A DNA stretch of 64,000 bases from Lepidodermella squamata. Its lineage: Eukaryota; Animalia; Gastrotricha. Positions 60,023 to 64,000 of the stretch are shown here, one piece after another (positions within the stretch are counted from its first letter, which is position 1; each line of letters opens with the position of its first letter). The notes under the pieces were generated by a model. The model had not been told where the DNA came from. It saw only the letters and a list, made by a program, of their open reading frames with translations, and did no database searches. The stretch lies in the NCBI GenBank assembly GCA_047495785.1, contig JBLDXI010000010.1, positions 2,356,001 through 2,420,000 on the forward strand, read 5' to 3'. The translations under genes and the position numbers were made by a program.

Positions 60023-61956
60023 TTTAATAAGCAATAATCAATAACTAGAAACTGGAAAACAATTTAGATAAGTGAAAAACAAAGCGAAATAAGTATGTAG
60101 ATCTCGTGTACTAACATCCTGCATCTTGCGCAGCACAAAACAAAAGCCACAGAACACAGGACTAAGAAGAGCTAGAGATTAGAGAAGAAACGAGGCGACT
60201 CGAATCTAGCACATTCGTATTGTTCGCAACATACATACACTAGAGCTCCGCGGGTTATAGAAGATCGGAAAAAAATTAATTCGTGTCTGAACTCGTGCAG
60301 TTAACACGAATATCCGCATGTATGTAACAGCTGCTGCTGCTCCGCTGAAACTCAAGGTTCGATCACACTCAACCTGTCAACCTGTGTGTATAGAGGGTAG
60401 CTTTGTAACTGAGAACATTACTTTACTTTACTCACGCACGACCCGCGTAGGTCGATCGATTCTGCTCAAACAGCGATATCGTCCATCGGTATTCCCCAAG
60501 CCGGCACACTCACTGACCTTCCACCCCTTCATCAAAAATAGACCAGATAAAAATTGATTGGCGTATCATGGAAAATCTTTTAATAACAAATAATTCAATA
60601 AACACGAAAATACTTGTTTTATAAAGTTGAAAATAAAACTTGAACTCAAATAAAAATGGCTACGCCGATTTTGTTTTTTTCGCGTTTCGAAGTTCGCTTT
60701 TTAGGCCCTGCTCGCAACTTTTACCGATTTGCTCTTGGCTGTGACGGTATGCTCGTAATGCTTGGGTTTGCCGCCTGTAGCATAACCCTTGCTAGTTCTA
60801 TTACCGATTTTTTGGAACCGATGCATGCTCAGGAGCTAGGCGAAACGTGAGATCTGCTTCATCCTTCTCGCTTGAGATAACGACTCTCTTGGGTATTGAC
60901 GATCAATACGGAATATGGATTATGGAACCTATCGAACTGTTGAAAAAGACAAAGTCTGATGTCCATGGCCTGCAACTCTCACAGACAATCGACAACAGAT
61001 GATTTTTCGCATCTCGCTGTGTACCGCGCTGCGAGATTTGCTGCGAATCAACTATGCGGGTCGTTCGCTGAGGTATATATCCGATTTTATCACCCACGCT
61101 TAGATCATTTCTCTGATTATCTGAAGTATTCGAATAATTGTGCATGTTGAATTTTGTTGAATCTTAAATCTATGATTATCATTCGCCTCGCATTTGTAAT
61201 TGGTATATTCACGATGACTCATTGCTATCAATCGGGGCTTTACAATAAATTTTGCCTGATTGCTGATATTATCATTATTCGTTTTGTTATTCACATTCAG
61301 GCTTGAATTCTCGTGAGTCAATTGCTGGGATGCCGAGTCCGCTGATGACGGTTAATTAAATAGCTGCTTTACTGAAATGGTAAATTTTAACGGCTGCAAA
61401 TCTAATTGCCATTCTTCCGTCAATGATGATCTGAAAGTCACGCATAACTGATCGAATTGAACGCACTACATCTACATACTGTTGAATGTATCGTAGAATC
61501 CGCGATATACGATTAACGAATCATGCAGCCGTGATGCAGTTGCAGCTGACAATCTAAGAAAGCAGTGGCAGCTGAGGATAAGGGAGCAGCGGGCAGCAGA
61601 TCTTATGTTTTTATTTGTCTCGTTAAATTGAATGTATATGCCTACCTGAAATATAGAAGAAAAGCTGTTGATAAAGATAATGTTGAAATAGCACCTTGAA
61701 TAGTCGCTTTTCCATATCATATTACACCGTTTACTACACATGATGTGCTGTATACCATCTTTGTCGCTTGGTGTTTGCAGTTTGAAAAATACTGATGATG
61801 ATGATAACTGATATTGATAATGATTGATCCAGTCGTGCAAAATAGGTTCATCACAACGCGAGCAGACAAACTGTTTTAAAAATATTAATTGACTAATTAT
61901 TACTCCTGATATTACCGCTGCTGACGACGCTGTTATCGTTTCCTGTTTTTTTATAA

Positions 61957-63957
61957 ATGGATCCGGATTCGCTGAAGGTTCCTGAATTGAAAGCAGAGTT
62001 GCAGCGCCGCGGATTGGATTCTCACGGCTTAAAGCCTGAGCTACTAATGCGATTGAAATCAGCAATAACCAGTACGTGTAGCATGACCTGAGTTATGCCC
62101 ACCGCAGCTGCATAAGTTCTTTAATTTATTTCCTATCTTTTTCAGCTAGTTAAACAACGTTTTTTGTTATTTTTCGTCTGAAACTGACTTGATTTTGTTT
62201 TTCGATAATTATCTAGACGAGGAGAATGGTTTGCCTCCCTCTGAATCATCCGCTTCGATGGAAGGCCTTGTAAAAGGCGACGAAGAGGATGAGCACAATA
62301 ACGGTAATGGAAATGGTAATGGTCGGCATCATTCTGCCGCTGGCGAATACGACTATAAGCAAGAGGAGCACGAGGAGGACTATAAACAGCCTGGTGATGG
62401 TGGTCAGTATTATGGCGAAGAAAATGGCCAGGCTGGTGAGCATTATGACCAAGGCGCTTACCCTGATCAGAAGCCATCATATCACGAATATGGCGAAAAT
62501 CCGCACGATATGCATGAAGATGATGATGATCACGGATCAAATAGCCATGGTGGTGGCAATGACAACGCTGAAAATAGCAACAAAAATAACGACTTTGACG
62601 ACGGAGAAGAGTCGGCTAACAACAACAATAATAATAACGGCGATAGTTCCGGCGAACATAAGTCCCAGGACCAGCCAGAATCTGAAAACCAACCTGTTGC
62701 AGAGAAAATGTGAGTTTGGTAACTTTGATACTTTTACCCATGACTTTGATGGGCTTGAAACTTGACTCGCAATCTCAAGTTTTCGGCTTTTTATGTCTGT
62801 TATTTGCGGAAAGATTCAATTGGAAAATTGAGATTTTTCGAAATATAATATTCTAGTCTAATATTGCTCAACCTTGAGACAAATTAACCACATCGTTGTA
62901 GAAAATTGCTACGGTGTAGAAAAGTGCACACCCTGCTATAAATTTATGTTTCCAGTGTTACACTTGTGACTCTGACGTTATTTTTCCCAAAAATAAGTTT
63001 TTTTCGTGTTTGGAGAACCTAAATCCTAAATTCAGAAAGTTACGTCAAAATCTGGTGTAATTTGTTTAGTCGAGACAAACTCTCTCGAGAGCTCTTGCTA
63101 GCTTTTTCTGACGATGGGACACTTTTAGACATAAACCATGACGAAATTTCACGATTGCTTAATATTGTCTAATTATTCTCGAAGCGGTTTTGCTGATGAT
63201 GATAAATTATGTTATTTTCGTAAATCGATCACGTGATTTTTAACTGCAATTTTCACTATTTTCTAGCCGCGACAGATACCGATCGGAATCGCCCGGAAAT
63301 TCGAGGTCGCCGCGAAACGGCAGCAACAGCGCCCGCCGCGGCTCCTCCTCAGACCACGACCGCGACCGGCCGAGCCACCGCGACTCGGGCAGCCACCGGC
63401 GCTCGGAGCACCGGCGGTCACGCGACGACGACGACGAGTCGGTGTCGTCGCGCGAGCCCGACGAGAAGCGGCGCCGCGTCGGCGGCTCGTCGTCGGGCGG
63501 CGCGCTCGACCTGAGCTCGGCCGGCGCCAGCGGCGCGGAACCGGACCTGTGGTGGCAGTCGACGACGGTCGCGCTCGACCGCTTCTTCTCCGACCTGAAC
63601 CTCGTGCTCGACCACGACGGCTACCGCGCCAAGACGATGAACGACGAGGGCTTTGGCATGATGATGGGCGGCGTGAAGGCGACGTACGGCGTGCCCATCA
63701 CCCTGGAGTCGCGGGCGCGCGTCGCCTACGAAGTGCGCGTCGTGCGCCTCATCACGCCCACGTCGATCCACCCGGACGAGAAGCCGCGCCATGTGCTGCG
63801 CATCGGCTTTTCGACGCCGTCGGTCGCGCCGAATCGCCTCGCCGATGACAAGCTGTCGTTTGCGTTCGACTGCCGCGGGCGCTTGATCAGCTCGAAGCAC
63901 GAATCACGCGAATTCGGCTCCAAGTGCACCGAAACCGATGTCATCACCGTTTTACTC
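61957..63957 (+). CDS. hnRNP U / HNRNPUL-like protein (continues beyond window); exons 61957-62071, 62217-62709, 63267-63957
   Basis: SAP domain [20 protein letters not shown], acidic linker, SPRY start ([26 protein letters not shown]). Confidence 0.88.
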
Positions 63958-64000
63958 GTAAGTCGTTGACTTTCCATGGCAAACGAATTAGTAGACGACG

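Overview
Compact animal (invertebrate-type) genomic DNA with mostly ~50-70 nt GT-AG introns; the species cannot be identified from sequence alone. Housekeeping genes: ODC (runs off the left edge), WAVE/SCAR, TADA2B, a MAPEG/TMEM79-like gene, CEP295-like, NUP210, PTEN, eIF1, a single MadBub (BUB1/BUBR1), two DEGS sphingolipid desaturases (the second frameshifted), MRPS5, PSMC3 and an hnRNP U-like gene (runs off the right edge). Four co-directional gene pairs lie only 215-434 bp apart, and most ATGs have a pyrimidine-AG acceptor just upstream, which suggests SL trans-splicing and operons. A 4-kb array of 24 tRNA genes (23 anticodons, 16 amino acids) sits at 48.06-52.09 kb. A 10-gene copy of part of it lies at 21.7-23.5 kb and a 3-gene copy of that copy at 12.4-12.9 kb; several breakpoints and lesions fall in or beside tRNA T-arms. 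The 8.7-23.5 kb zone is a patchwork of locally copied DNA: small secreted PAN/Apple-domain genes, MITEs, Penelope GIY-YIG fragments with minimal hammerhead ribozymes, an RLE retrotransposon fragment, and snap-back/templated junctions. Exon boundaries were read by eye and all family assignments come from recognised motifs, not database searches.
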